Notes under the pieces: generated by a model
What the model was told of the DNA's origin: nothing
Databases searched by the model: none
The model's input: only the letters and a program-made list of their open reading frames with translations
Shown here: positions 6,684 to 17,500 of the stretch, piece by piece
Numbering within the stretch: position 1 is the stretch's first letter
Layout: the number at the start of each line of letters is the position of its first letter
IMG/VR virus record: IMGVR_UViG_2531839454_000020
DNA from: a virus
Lineage: Duplodnaviria; Heunggongvirae; Uroviricota; Caudoviricetes
Length of the DNA: 34,734 bases
Direction: 5' to 3' (one strand)
Translations under genes and position numbers: made by a program

Positions 6684-8591
6684 ATGAAACTAATTTCTAA
6701 TAAGGCCAAATTAAAAAAGATTCTCAGAAATGCAGCCAAATATATTACGCCACCGCCTAAACTCCTTCCATCGGAATGGTGCGAAGCTAATATGGTGCTG
6801 GTAGATGGTCCTCAAGCTGGGGATAAAGTTAAATTGCTGTCATTCCAGAAAGGTATGATTGATGCTCCTTTCCTTGAGAACAAGAAAAAGTATGTTCTGA
6901 TGACCAGTGCGCAGATCGGAAAGACTACCATCCTGAACGGCATCCTGTTTAACCAGATGGCTAACGATCCATGCAATATGATTATCGGACAATCAACCGC
7001 TAAAGAAATGTCTCAATATCTCGCTGGTAAGATCCGACCGTCTATCGAAGCATGTGATGCATTAAAAGACGTGGTTACAGACAAGAATGATCGCAATGCG
7101 GTTAACAACAATAACCAACTCCAGCTAAAAACGAATCACTTCCTGTACATGGTATCGCTTACCAGTCCATCAACCCTGCGCGGTAAGACTGCAAAGGTCG
7201 GACTACTAGACGAAATCGATGCTGCTACAGCCTCAGAAGAAGGTGATCCGGTGGCACTGGCTGCTAACCGTTTAACTACCTTTGGCGATGAAGGCCGATT
7301 AGTCGTATCCAGTACCCCGACCAGTAAGCTCGGAAGCATTAACCAGCAATGGTTATCAAGCGATATGCGTATGTTTTTTGTTCCGTGTCCTCATTGCGGG
7401 GAACACCAGGTGATCGAGTGGGAAAACGTTCAATTTGAATGGCGTAACATCGATGGTAAGAACTTACCCGATCCTGATACCGCTCGTTATATTTGCCCCC
7501 ACTGTAAGAACGCATGGACAGAAGGGGAACGAATCAGGGCAGTAGCGCAAGGCGAGTGGAGAGCAACCCGTGAAAGTGAAGTAGCAGGATTCTGGATTAG
7601 CCGTCTGTATTCACCTTTCAGCACGATCCGCGCTTGTGTGGTTGATTTTAGTCATGCGTGGCAATCCTTTGATTTACAATCATTTTATAACACCGTGTTA
7701 GGCAAGGTATACGATGATCAGGACACGGCAGTAGAAGCAAATGAACTGGAACAACTCAAAACAGATGTTTCTATCGAGAATATCCCTGATGACGTGATTT
7801 TCTTGTGCTCAGGAATTGACCAGCAATTGGATCGCGCAGAATCTACCATCTTAGGTGTAGCGAAAGATAAGGTTTACATTCTGGATCACCGTAGCTTTTA
7901 CGATCATAACTGTGAACGATACGAATCACCTGTATGGGATCGTCTGGTTAACTTCAAGAAAACCAAATTCTATAACGTTAATGGTGAACGTGTGCCAATG
8001 CTCGCCAGCTTCCTCGATACATCAAACGGTCGATTCACTCAAGCCGGATACCGTATTTGTGGTAAGTGGAAGAACCTACACGCTATTAAAGGTAGTTCAT
8101 CTGGTAATGCTCCAGTGATTCCGGTTAAACCTACCCGCACAGGTGGTCATGAATTGCTTATGCTGGGCGTTAACGTTGGTAAATCCGCTGTTCGTGAAAT
8201 GCTGGTTAGAAACCTGAAAGATAATCCTCATATTGGCTTAGAAATATCAGAAACCGTTCCTGATGATTATCTCGATCAGCTTTTGAGTGAATCCATCAAG
8301 CGTACTACTACTGGTGTTCGTTGGGTGAAAAATCCAGGTAGTACCCGAAACGAGGCTCTCGACTGTCTGGTTTATAGCTATGCTGCTTCTCGCTACGTCC
8401 TTTCAAAAATGTCATGGGATAAACTCATTGCAATGAAAGACAGCTTAAACAGCGTTAAAGAAGAACCCGTAAAAGCTCCTGAATCGCAATCTGACGAGCA
8501 AATCGAAGAAACTAAGCCAATCACACGACCGCAACGTCAAAACATCGCCAGACGCCCAAATAGAGGCCGTAGCTGGGTAACATCGTTCTAA
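6684..8591 (+). CDS. terminase large subunit (GpA-like), 635 aa
   Basis: First gene of the + structural block; Walker-A-like TSAQIGKTT; size and position typical of a large terminase; SD GAGGGT. Confidence 0.8.
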   Translation: MKLISNKAKLKKILRNAAKYITPPPKLLPSEWCEANMVLVDGPQAGDKVKLLSFQKGMIDAPFLENKKKYVLMTSAQIGKTTILNGILFNQMANDPCNMIIGQSTAKEMSQYLAGKIRPSIEACDALKDVVTDKNDRNAVNNNNQLQLKTNHFLYMVSLTSPSTLRGKTAKVGLLDEIDAATASEEGDPVALAANRLTTFGDEGRLVVSSTPTSKLGSINQQWLSSDMRMFFVPCPHCGEHQVIEWENVQFEWRNIDGKNLPDPDTARYICPHCKNAWTEGERIRAVAQGEWRATRESEVAGFWISRLYSPFSTIRACVVDFSHAWQSFDLQSFYNTVLGKVYDDQDTAVEANELEQLKTDVSIENIPDDVIFLCSGIDQQLDRAESTILGVAKDKVYILDHRSFYDHNCERYESPVWDRLVNFKKTKFYNVNGERVPMLASFLDTSNGRFTQAGYRICGKWKNLHAIKGSSSGNAPVIPVKPTRTGGHELLMLGVNVGKSAVREMLVRNLKDNPHIGLEISETVPDDYLDQLLSESIKRTTTGVRWVKNPGSTRNEALDCLVYSYAASRYVLSKMSWDKLIAMKDSLNSVKEEPVKAPESQSDEQIEETKPITRPQRQNIARRPNRGRSWVTSF

Positions 8592-8597
8592 TAACTC

Positions 8598-8615
8598 GCC
8601 GTCCTTCGGGGCGGC
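8598..8615 (+). other. CUUCGG-type hairpin after the terminase gene (weak terminator)
   Basis: gccgtcc-ttcg-gggcggc; only a short T run follows. Confidence 0.35.
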
Positions 8616-8663
8616 TTACTCCTAAATATTGTTAATCCAATAACAATCAAATAAGGGGTAATT

Positions 8664-9161
8664 ATGAGTTTAGAACTAATTCCCTTAGTAATTCGTAAAG
8701 GCGAAAAAATCACGCTGGCGAATGAAGAGGGTGTAACAATTCAGGTAGGAAATAATAATAAAGGTATCATTTATCAGGTTGATGATACTCCGGCTAATCA
8801 CGAGATTAAAACCTTAGATTTTGCCGAAGGTAAATATACCATCGTAATAACTTTGGAAGAAGAACTGATATCAATGCAGGAATTAACTGTTTTACCAGTA
8901 TTCGCCAAACAATCCAAAAAAGAATATCTGCGGGAAACTATCGCCTTAATCGAGCAAGTTATTTTCGCCCGTTTATCTGGGGACGAAGCCGCATTATCAG
9001 CAATGACAGTGAAAGGGAATACTTTCGCCTATGAGTCATTGGCTGTTCTCCAGACTCTAAAAGTCGATTATGAACGTCAACTGTCTAAATTAATTCAAGC
9101 CGAACGACGTAAACAGGGAATTAGCCCGATTAAAAATATCAAATTACGTCTTACGCGATAA
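8664..9161 (+). CDS. hypothetical head protein (165 aa), possibly gpW-like head-tail joining
   Basis: Sits between terminase and portal, the slot of lambda gpW; SD AAGGGGT. Assignment by position only. Confidence 0.35.
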   Translation: MSLELIPLVIRKGEKITLANEEGVTIQVGNNNKGIIYQVDDTPANHEIKTLDFAEGKYTIVITLEEELISMQELTVLPVFAKQSKKEYLRETIALIEQVIFARLSGDEAALSAMTVKGNTFAYESLAVLQTLKVDYERQLSKLIQAERRKQGISPIKNIKLRLTR

Positions 9162-9171
9162 GGGGGAAATC

Positions 9172-10683
9172 ATGTTTAATCTTTTTCGACGCAAAAAGGC
9201 GGTAGAAACTCCAGTTAAAACTAATCACCGCCAGCAACAACCAAAAATTTTCATCGATAAGCAAGTAGAAAAATTCCAGAAATCTCTGGCGACTCGTAGT
9301 TTAGGACTGGTTGGTGATCGTATTGATGGATCACTTCAACAAGACACCATTACAGGAACCTTCAATAAGGCTCTCAAATCGAATGGTAAGCGCCTTTATG
9401 ATCAGGGTCGTACTCTGGCCTTAAACACTTCCGTAGGCAGTCGCTACACGCAATACATCACCGATATGGTGGTAGGTACTGGCCTAGATCCGAAGCCGTC
9501 AGTTGTTAAACCAAATGGAAAACTTGATAGCGCACTGAATAAGCAGATCGAGAATGCTTTCTGGAAGTGGGCGCAGAATGCTAAACGCTTCTCTCGCAAT
9601 GGTCGTTTTAACTTCCGTGAATTGCTGGTAATGGCTGAACGTGAGCGCGTTATGGGTGGTGAGTGTTTCATCGTTTTAACTAAAGAAAACAATGAGTTAA
9701 ATGTTTCTATCCTGTCTGCTGATAAATGCGACTGGTCGCTAAACCGTGAAATAAGCAAAGAGCGTGCGATATATCAAGGTGTGGAGTATGACGTAGAGAC
9801 GATGAAGCCCGTAGCATACTGGTTTCGTAAAATCAACCTACTGACTCAGACCTACACTGGTGATAACTATCGCGTCGATGCTTCGCAAGTATGCCATTAT
9901 TATCAACCACTTGCGGCTGAATCCCTGCGTGGTGTGACTGACTTCCTGCCAGTGATTAAGGATATCGCACATCAAGACGCATTCCGCGAAACTGCGATCG
10001 TCCAGAAACGTATTGCGGCTAGTTCTATGGGCTTTATCGAACGTCCGAAAGATTCTGGTGACGATTTTGATACTGGTGAAGAGGATGAACAATATCAAGC
10101 GCCGGAAGTAGTACAGGATTTTGCACCTGGTACTATTCAGGAATTACCGGAAGGGGCAACGATCAAGAGCATCCAGGCGACGCAAAGCGGTGATGATTTC
10201 AAATCCTTTAACGATGCGATGTATGGTAGCGTCGCGATGGGCTTAGGCGTGTTTAAACAGGGCTTGACTGGTGACACTAGCCAAATAAATTACAGCGCCA
10301 GTAGATTCGGTGATTTAATGCAACGACACCGCGTTAAAGCACTGCAAAACAAATTGATTGAAACAGTGGTATTGCCAATTTTCGAAGCATATCTACGCCA
10401 TTATTCCGCGCGTGGTATTGTTCCGATTCGTATTACTGCAATTCCGCATATTATCGATAACACTACTATTATTCGTCCTCGTTTTGAATCCGTCGATCCA
10501 TTTAAAGACGTAAGCGCCGAGATTGCTTTAATTGATAACGGACTTAAATCACGTACTGCCGTTATTCTTGAACGTGGTGATGATCCTGAAAAAGTATTCT
10601 CAGAGATTCAAGCCGAAAAGAGCGCACTAAATATTATCGTTAATGGCGAGGGTGAAGAAAAAAATTCCCCAGCCGATCCCTAA
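9172..10683 (+). CDS. portal protein (503 aa)
   Basis: Size and position directly upstream of the protease/capsid gene; SD AAGGGGGA. Confidence 0.75.
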   Translation: MFNLFRRKKAVETPVKTNHRQQQPKIFIDKQVEKFQKSLATRSLGLVGDRIDGSLQQDTITGTFNKALKSNGKRLYDQGRTLALNTSVGSRYTQYITDMVVGTGLDPKPSVVKPNGKLDSALNKQIENAFWKWAQNAKRFSRNGRFNFRELLVMAERERVMGGECFIVLTKENNELNVSILSADKCDWSLNREISKERAIYQGVEYDVETMKPVAYWFRKINLLTQTYTGDNYRVDASQVCHYYQPLAAESLRGVTDFLPVIKDIAHQDAFRETAIVQKRIAASSMGFIERPKDSGDDFDTGEEDEQYQAPEVVQDFAPGTIQELPEGATIKSIQATQSGDDFKSFNDAMYGSVAMGLGVFKQGLTGDTSQINYSASRFGDLMQRHRVKALQNKLIETVVLPIFEAYLRHYSARGIVPIRITAIPHIIDNTTIIRPRFESVDPFKDVSAEIALIDNGLKSRTAVILERGDDPEKVFSEIQAEKSALNIIVNGEGEEKNSPADP

Positions 10684-10728
10684 TAACCAACGGGGGCGCA
10701 ATGTCCCCAATTAATTAAAGGTGATTAA

Positions 10729-12729
10729 ATGCTTAAATTTCGCCGCGATCTTAACGGTTACGGTGGAGTTATTAACGAAGGGCATAACGATCAATACGAA
10801 TTTGAAATTGCTTTCTCCAGTGAACAGCCGTATCAGCGCCAATTCTGGGATGAGCAAAATCAAGAGATGGGGGTACTAGATGAAATTCTGGTACATACAC
10901 CGGAAGCGGTTGATCTGTCTCGTCTGAATAATAACGCTCCATTGCTGTTCAATCATAATTTCGATAATCATTTAGGTGTAGTCTGCGACGCTCGAATCGA
11001 TGCGGATAACGTAGGTCGTGCTCTGGTTAAATTCTCTAAGCATGGCACTTTGGCTAATGATATTCGCAATAAAGTCATTGAAGGTACGATGGAAAAAATT
11101 TCTGTCGGCTATGACATTAAAGAATATCACATCGATTACGCCAAAGGGCAATTGATTGTTACTAAGTGGGCGCCCTATGAACTCTCATTTGTCACCGTTC
11201 CTGCTGACGATACGGTCGGTTTAAATCGCTCTCTAAATACTATCACAGTTAATTTGGAGGCTAAACGCGATATGACTAAAGAACAAATTGAAGAAATCAA
11301 AGAAGAACAAGAATCCGCTCAGGTTGAAGAAACTCCGGTAGAAGAAATTAAAGAATCGGAAGTTGAAGAAACTCAAGAGCGCCAAGTTGAAGAGAATAAA
11401 GAAGATGAAAATCTCGAAGACGGAAAAGACGCTGAACATCCTGAAAGTGTTGATGATGATAGTTCAACTGTTCGGGAAGAAGAAATAAAAGAAGAACGTG
11501 AAGCTGCTCCGGTTGAAGAAGAAAAAATCGAAGAAGTGGCTGAACGTTCCGAAGAAGACGAATTAGAAATTCGCGAAATTGCACGCGAACTAAATATTGA
11601 TGACGAAGAATTGAAACGCGCATTGGCAATTAAAGACATGACGCCGGAAGCATTCCGCACTAAGGCACTAAATAATCTCGTCAATGCTCAACGTAATAAC
11701 GAACAAATTAAGGACTCTAAAATGGAAAAAACTTTTGACCTGAACAACGTAATTCGCTCTCTGGTAGATGGTGCTGCTCTGGGTGCTAACGAAGCTGAAT
11801 ATTCCTCTATGGCTGCTGGTGCTGCGATGCAGCGTGGTCGTGCTGCTCGTGGGGGCTCTGTATTCGTTCCGGCTGCTGCTCTGCGTGCTGCTGCTGATGG
11901 TAACACCAAAACTACTCTGACCGCTGTAACTGACGAAAAACTGATGACTGAATCCTACATCGAAATGCTGATGCCGGAATCTGTTCTGGGTCGTCTGGGT
12001 GTGACTGTTTACAGTGGCTTGAACTCCCCGACCGCTATTCCAAAAATGACCGCTTCCAGCGTTGACGCTTTCGGCTTCGTTGATGAAAACGGTGCTGCAC
12101 CGGAAAGCAAAGCTGAATTTGCGAACGTGAAACTGTCTCCGAAAACTTTTGCTGGTGGCAACCCGATCAGCCGTCAGTCGCTGAAAACCGTTCCGGGCAT
12201 CGCTACCCTGATCACTGATCACATTAACAAAGCTGTTCGTATCAAACTGGAACAACTGATTCTGTCTGATAAAGAAAATGCTCGTGGTCCGGCTGGTCTG
12301 GTTAAGCAACTGGTAGACGCTAGCCGCGTTACCAAGAAAGCTGCTTTCTCTTATAAAGACTTCCTGAAAGAAATTGCAGCACTGACCGACGCTGGCGTTC
12401 CTGCTCAGGCGATCAAGTTTGCAATGAGCGGTGCAACTGCTGCTGAACTGGAATCTACCCTGAAAGATAACGGCGTTTCCGGTTATATCATCGAAAACGG
12501 CAAACTGGCTGGTTACGAAGTAGTTACTTCTGGCGTTATCCCGGCAGACCACATCGTTCTGGGTGACTTCTCCGGTATTACTATCGGTGAGTGGGGAGGT
12601 CTGGAACTCGACATGGATCTAACTACATATAGGGATCGTGGTGCGGTAGTGCCTCGTATCTTTGTAGATTTGGACTACGTTGTAGCACAGCCGGAAGCCC
12701 TGAAAGTTCTTCACATCTCCGCTGAATGA
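10729..12729 (+). CDS. prohead protease - scaffold-like acidic linker - major capsid protein fusion (666 aa)
   Basis: N-terminal ~190 aa protease-like region, then an E/K-rich segment (EQIEEIKEEQESAQVEETPVEEIKESEVEE...), then a ~350-aa HK97-like capsid region. Antisense minus-strand ORFs here are artefacts. Confidence 0.7.
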   Translation: MLKFRRDLNGYGGVINEGHNDQYEFEIAFSSEQPYQRQFWDEQNQEMGVLDEILVHTPEAVDLSRLNNNAPLLFNHNFDNHLGVVCDARIDADNVGRALVKFSKHGTLANDIRNKVIEGTMEKISVGYDIKEYHIDYAKGQLIVTKWAPYELSFVTVPADDTVGLNRSLNTITVNLEAKRDMTKEQIEEIKEEQESAQVEETPVEEIKESEVEETQERQVEENKEDENLEDGKDAEHPESVDDDSSTVREEEIKEEREAAPVEEEKIEEVAERSEEDELEIREIARELNIDDEELKRALAIKDMTPEAFRTKALNNLVNAQRNNEQIKDSKMEKTFDLNNVIRSLVDGAALGANEAEYSSMAAGAAMQRGRAARGGSVFVPAAALRAAADGNTKTTLTAVTDEKLMTESYIEMLMPESVLGRLGVTVYSGLNSPTAIPKMTASSVDAFGFVDENGAAPESKAEFANVKLSPKTFAGGNPISRQSLKTVPGIATLITDHINKAVRIKLEQLILSDKENARGPAGLVKQLVDASRVTKKAAFSYKDFLKEIAALTDAGVPAQAIKFAMSGATAAELESTLKDNGVSGYIIENGKLAGYEVVTSGVIPADHIVLGDFSGITIGEWGGLELDMDLTTYRDRGAVVPRIFVDLDYVVAQPEALKVLHISAE

Positions 12730-12866
12730 ACTCCTGTAGAACCTTCTGAACCTTCCCCCGATTTGGGGGAAGAAAATCTGATTCCATCTCAGGAAGAAGA
12801 AGTTCAAGAGGTTACGGCGAAAGCCACAGTTAAAAAAGAACGTAAGACTAAAGCAAAATAATAATT

Positions 12867-12895
12867 AGCCCTGCCTTAATGGTGGGGCTTTTTTG
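12867..12895 (+). terminator. intrinsic terminator downstream of the capsid gene
   Basis: agccctgcc/ggtggggct stem followed by tttttt; lies after the 44-codon in-frame extension, not directly after the capsid stop. Confidence 0.6.
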
Positions 12896-12925
12896 TATGT
12901 AAATACTCCATAAAGGGGGGTAACT

Positions 12926-13216
12926 ATGTTCAAATTATCAGAATCACAATTATCAAGAATGTTCCGAAGTGCTCCTGTATTTTCGGTGGAAGGTGGTAAA
13001 TCAATTCGTGCTTATCATGAAATTACTACTACCGACGAACAAGGGGTAATGACAGAAACAGAATTTCTATTCTGTCGTGAGGGAGACTTAAAGCAGGGTG
13101 ATATTGTCATTGTAGAAAATCAGCGTTTCAAAGTTCAATATATTAAGCGCAATGGTGATAATACTTGTGATTGCTTTATCACTTTAGCAGGGGGTACACA
13201 TGCTCGCTACCGTTAA
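12926..13216 (+). CDS. head-tail joining/neck protein (96 aa), hypothetical
   Basis: SD AAGGGGGG; position between capsid and tail genes. Confidence 0.4.
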   Translation: MFKLSESQLSRMFRSAPVFSVEGGKSIRAYHEITTTDEQGVMTETEFLFCREGDLKQGDIVIVENQRFKVQYIKRNGDNTCDCFITLAGGTHARYR

Positions 13217-13622
13217 TAATATGCCGAGACTGAAAATCAAACGCGCCTTGCAAGATATTATCGAACAAGATTTAGGTCTGGCTTTAAACGTAGAACAAAC
13301 TCAGCAAGGTTTTAGTAATGACGTGGTTTGTTGGATTACTGGCATGAATGAGACTTACACTAGGGTCCGTGGCGGTAATGCAATGCAAGCTGAGTGTGTT
13401 ATCGAAATGCAATTATATTCCCAAATTCATGAAACCAAAATCCATGAGGGTATTTGCCAGATAATCCAGATTCAGCCGGATAACCCACGTTTTAAAGATA
13501 TGGGATTCTCTATTTCAGATATCACTCCAGTAGCCTCTAATACCGATTATGACGATGATTCTAGTGATGGGGGTATCGTTGGGACACTTAGCCTTAAATT
13601 TTCTTATCTAGCGCGTTTTTAA
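13200..13622 (+). CDS. head-tail joining or tail completion protein (140 aa), hypothetical
   Basis: Overlaps previous gene by 17 nt (coupled); SD GGGGGT. Confidence 0.4.
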   Translation: MLATVNNMPRLKIKRALQDIIEQDLGLALNVEQTQQGFSNDVVCWITGMNETYTRVRGGNAMQAECVIEMQLYSQIHETKIHEGICQIIQIQPDNPRFKDMGFSISDITPVASNTDYDDDSSDGGIVGTLSLKFSYLARF

Positions 13623-13631
13623 GGGGTAATA

Positions 13632-14465
13632 ATGAATATTACACAAGATAACTTAGACATTTTCACGGGGTCGCATGTTGAAGTCTCCGTGTCTACTATG
13701 GTGGATAACCAGCCGGACTTTTTCGATCCTGCATTTAGTCCTATCGAGAACATCGCAGCATTTCCGACGATAACCGAATCCACAGAGATCCAGACGTTAG
13801 AAGAATATGACCATGATGTTACTGGTAAGTTGGCTGGCTATCGTAAACTTGAATCAACAACACTCACAGTAAACCGTGTTCTGGATGATGAACATCAAGC
13901 AATGTTGATGAAAGCGGTAGAGGATAAAACCCCTTTACGCTTCCGTATGTTCTATGTTGTGAACTCTGGCTATAGTGCTGCTAACACAGGATACTACGTC
14001 ATTTTTGATGCATACGTCACATCACACAAAACCCGTGGTAGCGATAACAAAGTTACTACCATCGAATTTAAATTAGATCCTGATGGTGGGATTCTCGACC
14101 GTGGTATTGCCACCGAAGGCCGGATCTTACGTCAAGGTGATTTTGGTTTGGGTGCTGGTGTAAATCCATTCACGGGTCCGATTGATAGCGAAGCATTAGC
14201 CGGAAACCGTTTCGTAACCTATCAGGGATCGAGCGCATCTAACCCATTTAGTGCTGATACTTCACTAATTCACGTTCAACCTAATGAAGATGGAGGATGG
14301 CAATTAACTTGCACCGCTTCCGGCGCACCACGTTTACGAGTTCGCACAGTCCAGAAAGACGGTAATTCTGGATGGGTGAAAGTGTATTCCACAGAAGAAA
14401 AACCGACACCAGCCGAGATTGAAGCCGTTTCTATCCATGACCGGATCGATTTCGGGGAATACTGA
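13632..14465 (+). CDS. structural protein (277 aa) with C-terminal Ig-like region; tail tube- or decoration-like
   Basis: SD AAGGGGT; C-terminal LTCTASGAPRLRVRTVQKDGNSGWVKVYS suggests a Big_2/Ig-like fold as seen on some major tail or decoration proteins. Confidence 0.4.
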   Translation: MNITQDNLDIFTGSHVEVSVSTMVDNQPDFFDPAFSPIENIAAFPTITESTEIQTLEEYDHDVTGKLAGYRKLESTTLTVNRVLDDEHQAMLMKAVEDKTPLRFRMFYVVNSGYSAANTGYYVIFDAYVTSHKTRGSDNKVTTIEFKLDPDGGILDRGIATEGRILRQGDFGLGAGVNPFTGPIDSEALAGNRFVTYQGSSASNPFSADTSLIHVQPNEDGGWQLTCTASGAPRLRVRTVQKDGNSGWVKVYSTEEKPTPAEIEAVSIHDRIDFGEY

Positions 14466-14491
14466 TTGCTTCTCTAAATAAAACATGACGC

Positions 14492-14523
14492 GGGGAGGTT
14501 AACGCCTCCCTTATTCCTGTTTT
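14492..14523 (+). terminator. intrinsic terminator upstream of the fibre gene
   Basis: gggagg-ttaacg-cctccc followed by T-rich ttattcctgtttt. Confidence 0.5.
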
Positions 14524-14538
14524 ATATGAGGTGATTAG

Positions 14539-17500
14539 ATGCAATCAATCCAATTTAAACGAACTAATGTTTCTGGCAAAAAACCAACGCCGGAACAATT
14601 ACAGGTCGGTGAGGTAGCAATCAACCTTAAAGACCATGTTATTTTTACCAAAGACCGAGATCATGAAGTAGTTCAAATCTCTGTTTCTCCTGAAACTCAC
14701 GCGGCACTAGAATCTAAAGTTGATGCTAATAAAAAAGAACTGGATAGCACAATTGTAGTAAACGACCGCAATATTCACGCTAAAGTAGATGAAATTAAAC
14801 AAACTACTGATGCAACAATCGCAGCAAATCACGCAGAAATTAACAATAAAGTTGATGTAATTAAACGCGAAACCGACGCGACAATCGAGGCCAATAAAAA
14901 TAAAGCTGCTTCCGATCTTGCTGGTGTTAAAGCTGAATTGTCGGATACCATCAACGCTAATAAAAATGCGGCTGCTGTAGCAACTCAGGAACTGGACACC
15001 CGCATCAATAAAAAAGTTGATGATATTAAATCCCGTACCGATGCAACCATCGTAAGCAATCACAAAGCAATCAATGACAAAGTTGATTTGATTAAGGCAG
15101 AAACTGACCGCACTATCGCAGCAAATCACGCCTATGCGGAAAATCAGTTAACTGACACCTACAATAACCTTACTGGTGTGATTGCAGCCAATAAGCAAGA
15201 GGCAGCGGATAACGTCGCAGCATTAACCCGTGATGTTGAAGCCAAAAATACAGCAATTCATAGCAAAGTTGACAATAACAAGTCTTACACTGATTCTGAA
15301 TTGGCACGCTTAGAAAGCCGTATTGATGCAGCCGATGGATCAAGTGATGGTAAGTACATCAAAAAGCACGTAAACACTTGCACTGATGGCTATTTGCTGT
15401 CTAAGACCGCAAACCCTTTTGATGATCCGAGTGCTCTTAATCTTGATTACTTTGGTGCATTTCGCATGAATGACCTGGCGGGTCATATTGCAATGATCTT
15501 GCATGTTCCGCACCCATCCGGCGTTAATCATGCTCGTGGTTTTGAGTTCACTTATGGGTCTAATCCACATGCTACTGTAAGAACATACGGCTATGATGAA
15601 TTGGGACATTTGGCATATTCTCACCGCATGTATCATGAAGGTGATAAACCTACTCCGGCTGAAATTGGCGCATATTCGAAAGCAGAAATTGACCGACTGT
15701 TCCAGAAGACGCTTAATTTTGGTATCGAGGGTGGTTGGTTTAAACTAGGCACTTTGACAATGCCACAACAACACGGTCGCACGGCTAAGATCCGTTTGGT
15801 AGGTGGTAACGGTTATAACGTAGGACATAATGGAAAAGCCAATATTATCGAATTGGTGATTCGATGCGGCAACAATAGCCCGAAAGGTGTTGTATTCAAT
15901 GCGTATTATACTATTTGGCATTATGAACAACATTTTTGCGCTATTCCAACCGATGGCGACAATTACGATCTTTACGCTTACTACGGTGCACATACAGGAT
16001 TTGTTTTAGCAGAATATCAAGTTTCTTCCGGTGGTGTTTCTTTAAACCTGTTGGATACTCCTGAATATCTGGGTGGTGAAAAACCTGTTGCAGATGAAAT
16101 TTTTGATGCTCTTAACATTTCATCGTTCAATAACTTTAGCAACCGTGGGACGTTAAATTTTGCTGGCAATCATCAAGGCCAATATGATATTGAGCATTTA
16201 AACGAACAACCGACAAATGCTAAAAAGATGTTGCGTCGCTTCCGTAGTTGTGCACCAGCTACAATCTGGCATGAGACAGTTGATGATAACGCATATCGTC
16301 TTGCTACTGGATACGAAGATACAAATCAGGAATTATTGCTGACAGCAACATCCGGGTTACATGTCAAGAAATTAACATTGGATGGCGGTGTTACTGGAAA
16401 TTCTGGTATTGATATTCGTCGAGGACCAAACGAATCAAGTCATTTTAATTTCATGGATTATCGCACTGGACAAGATGTTCGTAATGGTTGGTTTGGTTTT
16501 GGTGATGGAACAACCAAAGATTTTATTTGGTGGAACGATAACGGTCAAAACTCTATAAACCTGATTGAAGATGGTGAATTGCATATTACTGGCGGTAAAG
16601 GCCAGAAAATTGTAATGAATAGCGAAGTTGCATTATCTGAAAATGCTCGTTTGGCTGTCAAAGGTGGTAACTATGGCTTAATTTTTAGAAATGATGGCGT
16701 TGGCTTCCATATTCTTACCACAGATCTCGGTGATTCATTTGGACCGTGGAATACTCGTAGACCATTCAGCTATAATTTTGCTGACGGTGGATTATATTTA
16801 GGTGGCACTGAAACTGCTCGTTGTTTGCATCTTGGAATTGATGGTAGTACCCGTCTTGAAGACAACCTTTTCTTTAAAGCTGGTTCTCGTCAATCTATGG
16901 ACTATATGGAACTCGTCCATTGGGGGGCAAGCAATACAGGTCGAAATAACGTTTTAAGTCTTCGTGACTCAAAAGGATTTTTCGCAGAATTTGAACGATT
17001 GGGTGATAATACCATTAAAAACACCTTCTTCGGGAAACTTAAAGTTAATCGTGGTTCTGACGCAATCGTCATGAATGCCGAAACGGGTGATTCGTCTATA
17101 TATTTGCTGGGTACTTGTGCTGATAATAACAACTGGTATATCGGTAAAGGTGGTGCTGATAATGGATTAGCGTTCTATAGCTATGCTACTAATGCTGCTA
17201 TCAATATTACAAACGCGGGTGATATCGCGCTAAGTCCAAAAGGTGTCGAAATGACTCATGTCAATAACGTTCGATTCTATGTTCATGGTGAACGTTGGAC
17301 TGCTAGCCAATCTGGAGGTTGGGGCGATCAATGGGGATTAGAAGCGCCGATATTTGTCGATCATGGTTATGTAGGACCAGATAGCTATTATCCAATTATT
17401 AAAGGAAGAAGTTTAATCACCAATCAAGGGTATACAACTGCCGTCGATTTTGGTATGCGTCGTGTTCCTCAAAATTGGGGGCAAGCAATTATTCGCGTTG

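Noticed and set aside
11233-12552. Minus-strand ORFs (68 to 294 aa) inside the protease-capsid gene
   Set aside because: Antisense to a strongly supported structural gene; S/F/R-rich mirror images of the acidic linker and capsid region; no SD.
14707-15993. Minus-strand ORFs (82 to 140 aa) inside the tail fibre gene
   Set aside because: Antisense artefacts of the repetitive N-terminal fibre region.
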